This document shows, piece by piece, positions 29,811 through 44,391 of a DNA stretch of 64,000 bases. Both the position numbers and the translations under genes were made by a program. The stretch is from Eledone cirrhosa (taxonomy: Eukaryota): NCBI GenBank assembly GCA_964016885.1, contig OZ024742.1:333250001-333314000 (forward strand), in the 5' to 3' direction. Within the stretch, counting starts at the first letter, position 1, and every line of letters starts with the position of its first letter. Under the pieces are notes generated by a model. The model was not told the origin of the DNA. It saw only the letters and a list, made by a program, of their open reading frames with translations, and did not search any database.

Positions 29811-29894
29811 ACAGTGAGCCGCTGAAGAATGAGAAATTACCAAGCTTAAAATATGTTACTCGATACATCAGGTAGAGAAGGTCTACTTCACTGT
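29811..29894 (+). ncRNA. Degenerate hammerhead motif in a short microsatellite-flanked element
   Basis: acagtgag..CTGAAGA-atgag...ctc-GATAC...GTC-tacttcactgt. One core substitution (GAAAC to GATAC). Confidence 0.5.
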
Positions 29895-29977
29895 GAATTA
29901 AATTTTACAGCACTATCTCTGTTTCAGTCGGTGATAAACTTATCACAATGTAGCTACTAGTCACCGAATGTGTGTGC

Positions 29978-30017
<40 letters not shown>

Positions 30018-30044
30018 GCACACACACTCTCTCTCTCTCTCTCA

Positions 30045-30111
<67 letters not shown>

Positions 30112-30138
30112 AAAAGAGAGAGAAAGAGAGGAAGAGGT

Positions 30139-30290
30139 GTAAAATCCCGACCGGGACGCCAAGCAGTTTCGGGTTGTGTGTGAACGCATAAGCCGAAACC
30201 ACTTAGTGTCGCGGTCAGGATTATACATATCTCTATAATCACTCTGAATCTGCCCATGATAGAGTACTCTCAGGTGTCTGTGTGTTTGTA
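30139..30290 (+). mobile_element. Small diverged fold-back (30139-30180 / 30185-30226) with the 3' half of an HHR and a GAGTAC tail
   Basis: aatcccgaccgggacgccaagcagtttcgg versus ccGAAACcacttagtGTCgcggtcaggatt. Confidence 0.6.
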
Positions 30291-30429
30291 TTTATAAAGG
30301 TGGTTGATTGGCCATTGTTCCCTGGTGTCTGCATTCCGAGATCAAATCTCCTCGAATTTCAATGTCTTTCGGTGTCGCAAAAGATATCCCTATCCGATAA
30401 TAGAAACGTGCTGAAGAATTAAAAGAATA

Positions 30430-31330
30430 CATAGAAAACAATTTAGTTCTCAAATGTAACAACAAGAACAGTACAAATATGATTTATGAACATGAAATTT
30501 GAATAAATCCTTTTACGTACTTGTCCGTGCACACAAGAAAGCAAAGAGCGAATGTACAAACCACTATAAAACTTTTATAATAAAAGCCTTATATAGGAAC
30601 GCATGTAAATGCCCCACTATAAATGTTAACACTAGCTTCTGAAATACATAGAATTAAGCAGACCTCAATAAATCACGGGTTTCTAAATCAACTCTTAGAC
30701 CAGTCCATATATGAACAATAAACTATAAACATACAAAAATGACACCGAAGTACAAATGGATAATGTATTGTACACATAAAACGGCAAAAAACAGATTTTG
30801 CATTGGTCGTACAAGTACAACATTCTCTCCGAGGCTTACCATACATATCCTACAAGGAGCAACTACAACATGCAACACTACAACATTGATTTACATAGTA
30901 AAAAGCCTCAGTACTATACATAAAACCCCCACAAAAATAGATTTTAATTATGGATTAAAAATAATTAAGGAAAAAGGGATCAGTCGTATAAGGAGGACAT
31001 ACACGAAACACGCGGTACGTGAAATTAACAATCAAGATTTAAGATTCAAATTGCGTAAGAAAGTCATAGGACGATGATGAATGAACATGAACTACATAAA
31101 TATAGAATACGTATTATATATAGGTCTATAATATAAAAAAAAAAGGCCAGTAAGATTATAACAATATTCCGAAGAATGTGAGGGCCTTAAAACGCTGATA
31201 ACACTATGCAATTGGAAACAATGTTGTTCCAAACTGTGGATGCCTTATCATAACCAACGAAAAGATTCTAATAGTTTGAAACTGGAAAGTAGTCGTATCT
31301 TCAACAACATATGTCTTAAAGAGGGGCTGT
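30430..31330 (+). pseudogene. Degenerate Penelope-like element (thumb and GIY-YIG)
   Basis: EIHRIKQTSINHGFLNQLLDQSI (cf. ELxRIKQxLINNGY) and WIMYCT..FCIGRTSTTFSPRLTIHILQGA (cf. YIGxTxTTLSRRLTxH). Confidence 0.6.
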
Positions 31331-31345
31331 AACCCATTTATACAG

Positions 31346-31437
<92 letters not shown>

Positions 31438-31618
31438 TTTAAATAAATACATTTATTTGAATTATATGTATTTGTATGAATTTAAGAAAGCTAATTGGTT
31501 ATTCATACGACATCCGTAACATAATTTTGTGAATAACAAATAGTTTTGTCATTTGTTGTTCGGTTATACAAAATATTTATATAGTTATGTGCATATTTAA
31601 AATGATAGATATACAGAG

Positions 31619-31701
<83 letters not shown>

Positions 31702-32029
31702 TATGTGTGTGTTTAGGTATATATAAATGGATATGTGTATGTACATATGTATGTATGTACGTAAGTATATATGTATATATGTATTCATTATTTTAAAATC
31801 GTTATTTTATTATAAATTCCTGAAGGATATTCTGCACAATTGGAGTAATTTGTCATTTTCCTGACCCGAAAGTTCCGTTACAGCAAGGTATATGTTTGAC
31901 ATAAGTTATTTTGCTTATGTTCAATATTTGCATGAATTATATTTTATTATATTCTTTATGCATATTCACGCGCAATCACACAGAACTGTTTATCCTAGAA
32001 GAGAACAGTATATACACACACATCAATTA

Positions 32030-32625
<596 letters not shown>

Positions 32626-33154
32626 ATGAACTGAACGTGAAATATTATTGGTTCTTCTTAAAATATATTTCAGGTTTCTTTGTTTTGTTGTTTCTTACGT
32701 ATTCAGAGATTTTTTCTTGTTATATGAAATAAAATATTATTTCTATACAATTTAAAATGTTGACAGTGTGCAATTCAGTCAGCATTAAGTTCTATGGCAC
32801 ATCTTTACAACACTCTGCAGTAGATTGCCTGTGAAATCATCCACATATATAAATATATTACTTTGAATGATGGTTGCTATCAACAGGCGATTGACAAACA
32901 TTTCGTTTTCTATTTTGGAAACAGAAAATAAAATAATTCATCTATTTTATATGCAAATAAAGTGATAAAGATATATTTATATATATATATATGAAGTATA
33001 TCCTTTATATGAATTATATTTAAATATATATAGGTACATTTGTGTGTGTGTGTGTGTAGGCATATATGTATGTGTATATATATGTATATATATATCTATA
33101 TATTTATAATTATATATACATATATATACATATTTATATATATCTCTCTCTCTG

Positions 33155-33330
<176 letters not shown>

Positions 33331-34085
33331 TATTTAGATAGATGGATAGATAGATAAACAGACAAATATGTAGATATATGCATATATGTATTTATATATC
33401 TATGTATATGTTACATCAAGTTCTTAATAAACAGGCAATTGAAATTTATTGAATATATACACCCTTTACGTTGGAAGACAAATAATGTATAGATAAATTA
33501 CGTAGATATAAATATATAAATATATAAAGGAGAAATAAATAATAGCAAATTTTGCTTATGAAGAAAATACACATCCTCGTATATATTTCCCATGGACACA
33601 TACTTACACACACACATATTTGCGGTCCCGCACATTGTAGCTCACGCATAAATATGTGAACAAATACTTAAATATATATATATATATATATATATATAGT
33701 GGGGGGGGGGGGGTGATGTATGAATATATATATGTATTTGTTCGTGAGTGAGAGAGAGACACTATGAGTATGAATCCACACGATATCAAGGAGAGGAGTA
33801 TATTTTGTTGAATCGACCTCATTACATCTATGGCATTCATGCTGTTGTCATTAGTTGATAGAAAAAAAGAAAAGATGAACTCAGCAACATTTCAACGCAT
33901 TGCACTAAATAATATTAGCTGCTTAGTGTAGCATTTTACCATTTGTGATCCTCCAATAGTCATTTATATGTTTGAGGAATGTACATATGTGAGAATTTGA
34001 AAACGCACACAGAAGCACAATCACATATATATATGTGTGTATATATATACACACATACACAGACAGACACACATATATATATATG

Positions 34086-34727
34086 ACAATATATTAACAA
34101 ATGGAAACTATATTTATAAAACCATATTTATTTCATTATACATATTTCAAGGACGCCAAAGCAAATTATGGTGCGCGTTCATCAGATAAAATAAAATATA
34201 GATCAGTTTTATAAACAAATATTGACATACCCTTAAAGAATGCGACCATGTCGGTTGGAAGCTCCTGGATAGTGGGGTTACTAATTTTATTATTGGTCTA
34301 TTATGCAAATTAGTGTCGTAGAGGTTTAAATCCCGTACATTTAAATTAAGCCGTTGGAATAGGGAAAAGACGGCTTAATTTAAATGTACAGGATTTAAAC
34401 CTCTACGACACTAATTTGCATAATAGACAAATAACAAAATTAGTAACCCCACTATCCAGGAGCTTCCAACCGACATGGTCGCATTCTTTAAAGGTATGTC
34501 AATATTTTTTTATAAAACTGATCTATATTATATTTTATCTGATGAAAGCGCACCATAATTTGCTTTGGTGTCCTTGAAATATGTATAATGAAATAAATAT
34601 GGTTTTATAAATATAGTTTCCATTTGTTAATATATTGTATATTTACTCCAATAATTTGTTGAGTGCTTTATATCAGTTATAACAATATTTGCTTGTTGTA
34701 TCCCAACAAATTAAATATAACTTCTAC
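34086..34727 (+). mobile_element. Fold-back HHR element: arms 34086-34354 / 34370-34638, 15-nt loop, 89-nt 3' extension
   Basis: About 269-bp inverted repeat between (TA)n-rich flanks. Confidence 0.88.
34532..34594 (+). ncRNA. Minimal type I hammerhead motif (mirror copy near 34130-34192, minus)
   Basis: ttttat-CTGATGA-aagcgcacca..tggtgtcctt-GAAA tatGTA-taatgaaat. Flanks match the 2671 motif while the stem II sequence differs. Confidence 0.75.
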
Positions 34728-34749
34728 ATATATATATATGTATATATAT

Positions 34750-35658
34750 ATATTGTTATATTTGGGGAGGGTCATATTTGCGTAATATTGCCAGAATTAA
34801 TAACAGAACACACTCACTGTTTGGTTGGTTTTCGCTTCTCGCTGTCTTTTATATCTGCGATCTAACTTACTCGGTCCTCAATGTTGCCATTGACTGACCG
34901 GCGGTCAAAAATAATACAGATACAATATAGACACAAACACATATATATAGTTTACATAATTTACATAAATCTTTCGTTGCACATCTGCAACATCGTCAGT
35001 GGTGTTATATTCATTGTTCCTCCTGTTGTGTTGTATGTCAACGCCATTTTTTATTCAGTCTGTCTATATATTTATTTATTTATTTGCTTGTTTGTTTATC
35101 TTATTTTATTTTGTCTTCTTTGCGCATGCGTTTGCGTGTGTGTATAGTGTTATGTGTGATGTGTGACTAGTGTGTATAGTGTTGTATCTGCTGGGTGACT
35201 AGTGTGTGTTTATGTGCTTGTTGTTATTGTGCTTGTGTATGTATTTATCTATCTTATTTTATAAAATAAGATAAACAAACAAGCAAATAAATAAATAAAT
35301 ATATAGTCAGACTGAATAAAAAATGGCGTAGACATACAACACAACAGGAGGAACAATGAATATAACACCACTGACGATGTTGCAGATGTGCAACGAAAGA
35401 TTTATGTAAATTATGTAAACTATATATATGTGTTTGTGTCTGTATTGTATCTGTATTATTTTTGACCGCCGGTCAGTCAATGGCAACATTGAGGACCGAG
35501 TAAGTTAGATCGCAGATATAAAAGACAGCGAGAAGCGAAAACCAACCAAACAGTGAGTGTGTTCTGTTATTAATTCTGGCAATATTACGCAAATATGACC
35601 CTCCCCAAATATAACAATATCTGTTTCGACACACGATTTCATATAAAAAAACCCGCTA

Positions 35659-35661
<3 letters not shown>
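34750..35661 (+). mobile_element. Fold-back HHR element (family D): arms 34750-35109 / 35261-35620, 41-nt extension
   Basis: 360-bp inverted repeat; it explains the mirror ORFs 34881(+) and 35489(-). Confidence 0.88.
35362..35435 (+). ncRNA. Hammerhead-like motif
   Basis: aacacca-CTGACGA-t gttgca gatg tgcaac-GAAAG...CTA...gtgtt. Perfect 6-bp stem II; stem III is unclear. Confidence 0.55.
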
Positions 35662-35712
<51 letters not shown>

Positions 35713-35715
<3 letters not shown>

Positions 35716-35872
35716 GGAAAATGTATGACCACGACGGCAGAGCTCAAGCCGTGTTGACGGCTATTACTGACTCTAGAGTCGAGAAATAGCCGTCGAAATG
35801 ACTTGAGCTCTGCCGTCGGGGTCATACATTTTCCTATTACCCACTCTATGGTTCCTTACCACAACTCCTTCG

Positions 35873-35875
<3 letters not shown>
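35713..35875 (+). mobile_element. Family B fold-back (arms 35713-35765 / 35785-35837) plus tail
   Basis: Same sequence as the 47916 / 48849 arms. Confidence 0.85.
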
Positions 35876-35938
<63 letters not shown>

Positions 35939-35942
<4 letters not shown>

Positions 35943-36125
35943 AAATGTGGAGAAGAATACTGCTGGTTGCACATGGATAACATGTAATAAAATAAGTCCC
36001 TCATCAGTGATTTGCCGACGATCATAGATATTTCATTGCATTAAAAATCATATACCTCACGTCGGTGCAATAATAACTAAATTAAGTTATTAGGACAATT
36101 AAAACGCGTAAAGCGAGTGAGACAA
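35939..36125. repeat. Interspersed repeat, also at 63816-64000
   Basis: About 185 nt of high similarity; both copies start next to TA-rich sequence. Confidence 0.85.
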
Positions 36126-36619
36126 GATAACAACAAAGAGGATAGCTAACCGTAGAACGAAGGAGACAAGCTTCATAGTTATTCTGTTAGCATAAGCTAG
36201 GTGAATATATGAGCGCTTGGAAAAAAGACCTTTCAGCACCGAATTCAAATGTGAGAGAGAGAAAATGATTTCGTCGCGAACGGGGTGAAGTGAGAAGAGG
36301 AGAAACAGTGAGTGAGTGAGTGGAAGTGTGAGGAAGAGTTAACTGACATGACAGAGGGGGCGAAAGAAAGCAGGAGAAACAGAGAGAGCGAGGGAGCAGC
36401 AAGAGAGAGAGAGAGAAAAAAACAGAATCGCAGTATATGATGTATGTGAGGCATATTCGTTCGACATGTTTATATATAATCAACACATATATATATATGT
36501 GCATATGTGTCTGTGTGTGTGACTCGAAATCCAAAATCAGGTTCCAAACAGAGAGTTCAAGTTTACCGTCCATCTCTGTCAATCTTCATTCACCCCCCTT
36601 CTCCCTCGGGAATGAGCTC

Positions 36620-37705
36620 ACTCTCATGATGCCAGCACCTAATTTTTCGTGAACCTAATTTTCATTGGTCGGTTTTAAATCATCTCTTCGTATTGGATCT
36701 CTTTAGCAGAATCCTTTCACCAAAGTCCACTACGTTGTAATATTCAAACTAGGTTGCCAGTCTCAGAATATATCCCATTCTGTCATGATCCTTGTTCCCA
36801 TTCTCGGGAAATGGTTCCAAACATTGTTACACAGTATTACAGGCCATATCATTATAATTTGACTGTGAAGAAATAATTATTCCATAGGGACCAGAATTCG
36901 TATATGATAAGCCAAAATATAAATTAAGGAAACAAATTCTATGCCAGTATGATTTACGGGAGTGTAATATATAAATGAAGAACGGATCAATGATAGTCAC
37001 TTTTTGTAGTCGAGTTTATAATCGGCTACAGCACAAAATTCTAATTGCATATGGTTCAATGCATGACTCGCACCTCTTCCTCGTAATAACATGAGATCTA
37101 TCAGCCCTAGTAAACAGAATCGTGTCACTACACTGATGATTGCACATGAAATTGAAATTGCAGCCACTAGCTTAGATAGTGATGTTGTCAAACTGAATAT
37201 ATGATTGGACAGTAAAAGTTTGAGGTTCAACGTGTAAAATAGTAGTTTTATCAAAGCAAGTCGAATCTATCATATGCTCATTCGTATTTCACGTATGTCC
37301 TCATGTAATTTGGCTTAAACATATTACTTAAGGTGTTGAGAACTATGAAAAATCGCCTATAAATTTTCCTACATGTCATCTTCATGCAGTAGAAGTTTTG
37401 GAATATGATATGCCATGTTATGCTGTGGAGGTTGTCAGACAAATGGTGTGTCGACCTTCCTCCCTGACGAAAAGGTATTAAATAACAGTTCAATAATAAC
37501 CTTTCTGTACCTTCGAAATGTGTACAACTGGATGATGTTATGGACTAAATTGATGTTGAATATCCCATCCATTTACTTCTTAATATTGGTACTCCATCTG
37601 ATGTCTAATATCTTGTGACATGCCTGACCTCAAGTGGTTCTGTCTCATTACATCATTGTTTTGTTGATTTATTGGATCAAACAACACTGATTATCAATAC
37701 CCCCT
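36620..37705 (-). pseudogene. Highly decayed LINE remnant, possibly R4/Dong
   Basis: Only weak motifs (GID near 37700; an RGRG segment near 37080). Confidence 0.3.
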
Positions 37706-37706
37706 C

Positions 37707-37740
<34 letters not shown>

Positions 37741-38234
37741 TCACAAACCATCTTTCCTCCACTCCCTTTCTCCCTATCTACTCTTACCCCACTTTCTTCC
37801 TCTCCCTTTCTCCCTCTCACTTTCACCCCCTCACCTGACCGTTTAGCAGTTCCCTTCTCACTTACAACTGCGGCGATCGGACGTATGTCTCTTTCCTCTC
37901 GACCACTCAGTCTTGAACTTAAGTTCTCTTATCGAGTGGTCTTCTACCTATAGTTGCTCGCACATTGCTCGGTTTGTTGTTTTTTTCGCTGTTTTGTTGC
38001 TGTTTTATCTTTTCTTCCCCTTTGTTTTCCTTCCCTCATTCATCCGTTTTCCCAATAATTGATCCAGTTATAGACGCCCTGGGGCGGGGTATATTGTCTT
38101 TCAAGCGTAGAAATATCCGAGACCCCAGTAGACAACTGATAAGGAACCCCCCGCCGTTCTTGCTTTCTTCGTATTCCCACTGCATTTTAAGTTACCTTAA
38201 ATAGCAACTACACAACCATTTCTATTCTCCATAT

Positions 38235-38265
<31 letters not shown>

Positions 38266-38266
38266 G

Positions 38267-38301
<35 letters not shown>

Positions 38302-39603
38302 TGATAGGCTGATTGACAAATAGATAGATATTTAGAGATAAAGATATATACGCACACACACATTTGTGTGTGTTGCTTCCCGCGCCTGGGTTTACGATTT
38401 GGCTGTTTTTAAATCACGTAGCATTGCGTTTCAGAATAAAACAAATATATCTTGATTCGACCTGCAACTCGTCTAACTCCAAAAGTTGAAATCAAATTGA
38501 AAATTCATACAAAATAATATGTATGTTCATAAACAGATATGCGACTGCCTTTCTAGTTAGAAGTAAATGCGATATTACAAAATATTGTTAGGGCTCTTGA
38601 AAATGATTTATTGCACAAAGTTACTAACAAAGGAATCGAGAGATCGATTTCAGCTTGATTCTCTTGTTTTATTTAAAGGTAGATTCTCTATAATCACCTA
38701 CTTAGAACACGCTCGTATAAAACCATAAACAAAGTTTCTTGTTTAACAGATTTTTACTCTTCACTTAAATAGGAAAAAAATACAAAAATGAAATTTTTTA
38801 TCGTGTCATATTTGTTCAATGGGATGACTGTAACCACCACTTATATTACAAGAATTCATCTTATAGCTGAATTATCGCCCGCTATTGGTGTTTCAGTTAT
38901 TGTACAGGAATAGATTAACTAATGTCGAATTATTTGACTTCTAGCTGTTTTACACTTTATATCTTATTTAATAGACTATTTTTTAAATCTTCTTTTCTTT
39001 GAGGGTCGATGACTGTTGCACGAAAATACGAATGAAAAATCCTTGAGGTTTTCTCTATAAATCAATTAACACACTTCGGACCACCTGGTCAGAAGACGGA
39101 ATTTGATATGAGATCTATAATCGGAATTTCGGCACTCCAATTTCTCTGAAAAATACAATAACAGAAAAGTTTAAATTCTCACTAGAAGGATATTTAAAGA
39201 AAACCAAAGAAAATAAACAGGTGTTCCTGTAGAAGCTGGAATGTCGAGTTGCTTTTCAGAAAAGTGATATTTTTCTTATGTATTTCTACTATCTAATTCA
39301 ATACTCCAAAACCAGCTACTATGTACTATAGTCACAGTGTCACATCTCGATTCACTGCCACTATCTAAGAATCGCTCTCATTCTATTTCTAAATGTATAA
39401 ACACCACATATATACCTACCTACATAGTTACATTCAAACACACACACACATAGTTGCGGACAAGGCTTTGTTTTTAAGGCGTTCACTTAGCAAATAGGCG
39501 ATTTCGGTTTGATAAATGTTGTCAGTATAAAGTATTATAGGTTAAATCTTCATAGAGGCCCGTAATACGCGCACACACACATACACACATACAAACACTC
39601 TCA

Positions 39604-39683
<80 letters not shown>

Positions 39684-39773
39684 CTGTAGAATAAGTTTGG
39701 TAGAAATATCCAAGGGTAAGAGCACTCAGTCCAGGTCGAGTCCAGTATAATCAAGTACCATTATATATATAAA

Positions 39774-40164
39774 GGGCGGTGAATTTGCAGTATCGGTAGA
39801 GGGTTGGACGCCATGCTTTCTAGCATAGTTACGTACCTTTTCAGTATGAGTTCAAATCCCGCCGAGGTTAACTTAGCCTTTCCTCCTTACGGGGTCGATA
39901 AAGTAAAGTACCAGTAATGTACTGGGTAATTACTGGCCTTGTGCCAAAAGTAGAAACACACATATATATATAAAGGGCGGTGGATTGGCAGTATCGGTAG
40001 AGGGTCGGACGCCATGCTTTGCAGCACAGTTACGTCCATTTACGGATTGTGTTCAAATCCCGTCGAAGTTAACTTTGCCTTTCATCCTTACGGGGTCGCT
40101 AAAATAAAGTACCAGTAATGCACTGGGATAATTGCTGGCCTTGTGCCAAAAGTAGAAACAATTA
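39774..40164 (+). mobile_element. Tandem family A SINEs (39774-39957, 39974-40164)
   Basis: Two full consensus copies, each preceded by (TA)n-aagggcggt. Confidence 0.92.
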
Positions 40165-40175
40165 TATATATACAA

Positions 40176-40309
40176 GGCTTCCTGATGATTTCTCCCGAAT
40201 GAAACCGTTCTAGACATGTATAAGCCATTTATATATAAAATATTTATACTCTGCTATGTATTGAGTACCTTAATTACTGTGGTTACCCCCCGATTGAACC
40301 CGGGATAAA

Positions 40310-40312
<3 letters not shown>
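40176..40312 (+). ncRNA. HHR motif (40176-40226) with a PLE-like tail
   Basis: ggcttc-CTGATGA-tttc tccc gaat-GAAAC cgttctagacat GTA-taagcc. Related to the 3506-3555 motif. ttGAGTAC follows, then (TA)n. Confidence 0.68.
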
Positions 40313-40347
<35 letters not shown>

Positions 40348-40747
40348 AAGAGTGAAGAATAACATGGCCAACAGTACAAAAAGTGTTTTAATTACAGTAT
40401 TAACAATTGTTTCATTGATTAAGTTGTCTAAAAATTGCTAATCACTTGATGTTGTGTCACTCAATTTTAAATACAATGTATGCTTTAAAAAATCATGAGA
40501 AACTGATTAAAATTATACACTGCGTTTGTAATATACTAGGAAATTCAAATTACAACATCAGTAATAAAGAAAGAAAAAGTCAAAAAGAAAAGGTAGAGAG
40601 AAAAAGAACGGAGAAAAAAGAAAAGAGAAAAGGAAAAAAGATAAAGACAAAGAAACAGAAAAAATAGTAAATAAATAATAATAAGTTAGAATGAAGATGA
40701 TACAAAAAAAATGTGTTTAAATGTTATATATATATATATATATATTA

Positions 40748-41519
40748 AAATAGAATTGCATTAATGGCCTTGCTTTACGTTTGACTACTGCAAAGAAGAA
40801 CACGGTCTATGAACCCTAAGAACGAAAAATGGGTAGCAAAAGCCATTAATTCAATTCAATTCTATTTTCAAATCACAATCGCCATCTTCTAAACTCACAT
40901 GATCGTCCTTATGCACATTGCTATTAACTTATAGCGTCTATATTTAATAGAGAAAATGGGGCGGGGGAGGTTTGTGTGTTTAGCTAGCACACTTATTGTG
41001 AAAATAAGTGGTGTGGGTTCCATTCACACGCGTTTGAACCAATTACCCATTCCAGGGCGACAATACACCATGTTGTATGACTATCTTCGGCAGTCAAACA
41101 AATGTCATCTACAAATTCAATTCAATGCGACAGCTTTTAATTCATTTTTGCAAATTCAATCGCCGTCAGAAAAAAACACCACGCGTCCGGCCGGCTTCCT
41201 TTATCAAATAAATAAAATGATTGGATTGTATTTTCCAAAATTTAAAGGGGTTTGTTCTTTAGTTTTTTTAGGAACTTGTATTGTTTTAAGGAGTTTTACC
41301 GTCAGAAGACCTCAGACTATCATAGTTGCCAGCGAAATATGTATAATGGACTTTTAAATAAATCTGAATAAACTGGATATGGCCTCTGTTTTTTTATTAA
41401 TATATAATGCTCCGTCTTGCATCATATATACTAGTCGATGAGCTCTTATTTTTATCTGCTTCACAACCGACAGGCCATAATGTGGTCCACACAACCCTGT
41501 TCGATTAACCCCATACTAT
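40748..41519 (+). mobile_element. Probable PLE-like remnant with a short 5' fold-back and a degenerate HHR (41292-41353)
   Basis: aaaatagaattgcattaatggc / gccattaattcaattc..tatttt; CAGAAGA...gcGAAAtatGTAtaat. Confidence 0.45.
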
Positions 41520-41547
41520 CTCTCTCTTTATCTCTCTCACTCTCTCC

Positions 41548-41606
<59 letters not shown>

Positions 41607-41906
41607 TGAAGTTTCAATTTAACATATCTTCATTCCTTCTGTAACAAGAAACTCCAGCTCTTTATACATTCGAACTGGCTCTTGTATCGTTCTGCGATAG
41701 ACGCGAAATCAAAATATAAATATTTCTCTTTCTGGAATATAGACACATTATTTGCCTACATATATATAGGCTTCAGCCTACGCTTACAAGCTGTTTTCTA
41801 TACAGAAAGCAAACAGAGATAACACAACTAACAGTACAATGAAGAAATATATTATTAGTTTTACGCCTTATATATATATATCAATGTATATATACATATA
41901 TGTACA

Positions 41907-41981
<75 letters not shown>

Positions 41982-41986
<5 letters not shown>

Positions 41987-42800
41987 GATGAACATTCCTT
42001 TTAACCTAGCAAGAAGAATTTGCACAACTGTCTCCAATTATGAAACGCGAAAGAAAAGACTTCAAGATTTAAAGGAAATTCTACTTGAGAGAGAGTACCC
42101 ACTATTACTAATAAATAATGGAATGGAAAGGGCTAAAGCAATAGGCATTGATGAATTACGGAAACAGAAACAAATTCAAGGTACGTCCAATATTCTATCA
42201 TATATCTCAACACACAACCCAAGAAATGCGGAAGCTTACAACACTATTCACAATAACATCCCACTACTAAAACAAAACCCAAGAATGAAAAAAGCCCTTG
42301 AAACACACAAAATAATCAAAAGCAAAAGACAACCAAAATCACTGAAAACATTACTCACCAATGCCAAATTACCTACCACAAACCCACAACCAAGTATCAA
42401 AAAATGTGGTCGCTCTAATTGTGGAACCTGCACTCACCTCATTGAAGGCAACACGTATACATTTAAATCAGGACAAAATTTTACTGTAAAAAATCACTTC
42501 ACTTGCTCATCAAAAAATCTAATTTATGCCATTAAATGTAAAGGATGCAATGAAGATTATATAGGACAAACTAAACTCACACTCAGAAACAGAATGACAG
42601 TTCATCGCCAACAATTACGAGATCCAACCACGAGACAGATACCACTAAGTGCATATCTAGACATTTGCGCAAGTAATAAGACACCCAAATTCCAAGTCTT
42701 CCCATCTTACCTTTGCGCTAACAATACAACAGAACAAATGCGAATAAATAAGGAAAATATGTTTATTCAAAAATATAGACCAACATTAAATAAGGTTTAA
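41982..42800 (+). CDS. Penelope-like retroelement ORF, C-terminal part: RT thumb, Cys linker and GIY-YIG endonuclease (Neptune-like); 5'-truncated
   Basis: [27 protein letters not shown]; linker CGRSNCGTC; [29 protein letters not shown]; E..FIQKY.PTLN. The frame is open for 272 codons. The upstream YI run in the ORF track is (TA)n. Confidence 0.9.
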
Positions 42801-43008
42801 TATACATTATGTCAACACCACAATATGACATACACACACACACATAACACCTTCTACTTTAGAAAATAAAAACCCGAACTAAATAAACCTTAACATACGT
42901 TTGCACTGGCAATACAACAGCAAACACGAAAAAGTAAGGAAAATATGTTCATTCAAAAATATTCCTACTAAAGGAATCACTTTCCTACACACACACATAC
43001 ACACACAC

Positions 43009-43063
<55 letters not shown>

Positions 43064-43313
43064 TCTTCATCTTAACATGCTAACCATACTCCCACACACA
43101 TAACACCCATACACACACATAACAACCCCCACACCTACAACTCCCTCCCCATTTCTACTAATAGAACCACTTTCCTACACACATATATATATACACACAC
43201 ACAAAATATATATTCTCTCCATCTTAACATACTCGCACACACACACATAACACCCATATACACACACACACAACTCCTTCCCCCATCTCTACTAATAGAA
43301 TCATCTTCCAATA

Positions 43314-43370
<57 letters not shown>

Positions 43371-43889
43371 ACACACAAGCACACAAATAAACATACATAT
43401 CTTCAGTCTCAATAGAAAATCTGAACTCTGACACCCCGGCGAGCTGGCCATATTCACTGAACCAGAACATTTCTCCCAATCCCTTTTATCTTGACCACTA
43501 TCTCTCCATTATCATAAAATTCACTATAAAGACTACAGAATAGTTTTCCAAATAAGGGCGCAAAAATGTAATAAAAACTTGTTCACGTGACAGCCAAATT
43601 TCATTTATAACCAACCAAAAAAAAAGCCTTCGTGAGCCTCCTTTTTTCAAGTAAAAAGAAATTCAAACACTCATATATGAAAAAACAACCTGTGACAACC
43701 CCCCCCCCTCTCTTATTTGAAGAACTATTGTAACGCGAACTGGCGCGAAATTTATTATAATTATTGATAAACCAATCAAATTACTTCTCAAAAAACCTGG
43801 AATTTCGAGCCACTTTTTCCATTTAAAACAAGTAACATTCAGAGACCAACCAGATGTGAGAAAAACCACAGACCCTCCATCTCAACTCA

Positions 43890-43927
43890 CCTTTTGAAAA
43901 GCAGAAGAACTGCGAAACCGGTAAAGG
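43890..43927 (+). ncRNA. Minimal hammerhead with U3-A8 core
   Basis: cctt-TTGAAAA-gcag aagaa ctgc-GAAAC cg GTA-aagg. Stem III is the palindrome ACCGGT. The same core occurs at 11280-11316. Confidence 0.75.
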
Positions 43928-44161
43928 AACCAAATAAATATATATATTTTTTTAAAAAATAAGACTTCAGTTGCATTTTCGATTTCATCTCTTTTTCCTT
44001 ATACTTTCACTCGTGTAGGACACCTCGGTTATTTTTCATTTTGTAAAAAAAACCTCACTTTCTAATATATATATATATATATATATATTTATTATATATA
44101 TATATATATTTATCCTATCGAGCTCTCTTTGGATTTTAGTCTTCAAATGTATTCTTATTAC

Positions 44162-44391
<230 letters not shown>

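Larger units (their letters stand above)
41982..44064 (+). mobile_element. 5'-truncated PLE inserted in (TA)n, with a 1.26-kb 3' UTR
   Basis: (TA)n on both sides. The UTR has CA-rich subrepeats (42820-43400) and an HHR. Confidence 0.85.

Noticed and set aside
34303-34310. ATGCAAAT octamer in two HHR elements (also 62953)
   Set aside because: An 8-mer in AT-rich DNA with no other snRNA-type promoter element identified.
34881-35489. Two near-identical ORFs on opposite strands
   Set aside because: A by-product of the inverted repeat, with no protein motif.
35995-36040. CTGATGA on the minus strand (also near 63878)
   Set aside because: No downstream stem II plus GAAA. An upstream GAAA exists, but stem II cannot pair.
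39974-40070. tRNA gene
   Set aside because: The A/B-box-like motifs belong to the SINE head; no cloverleaf.
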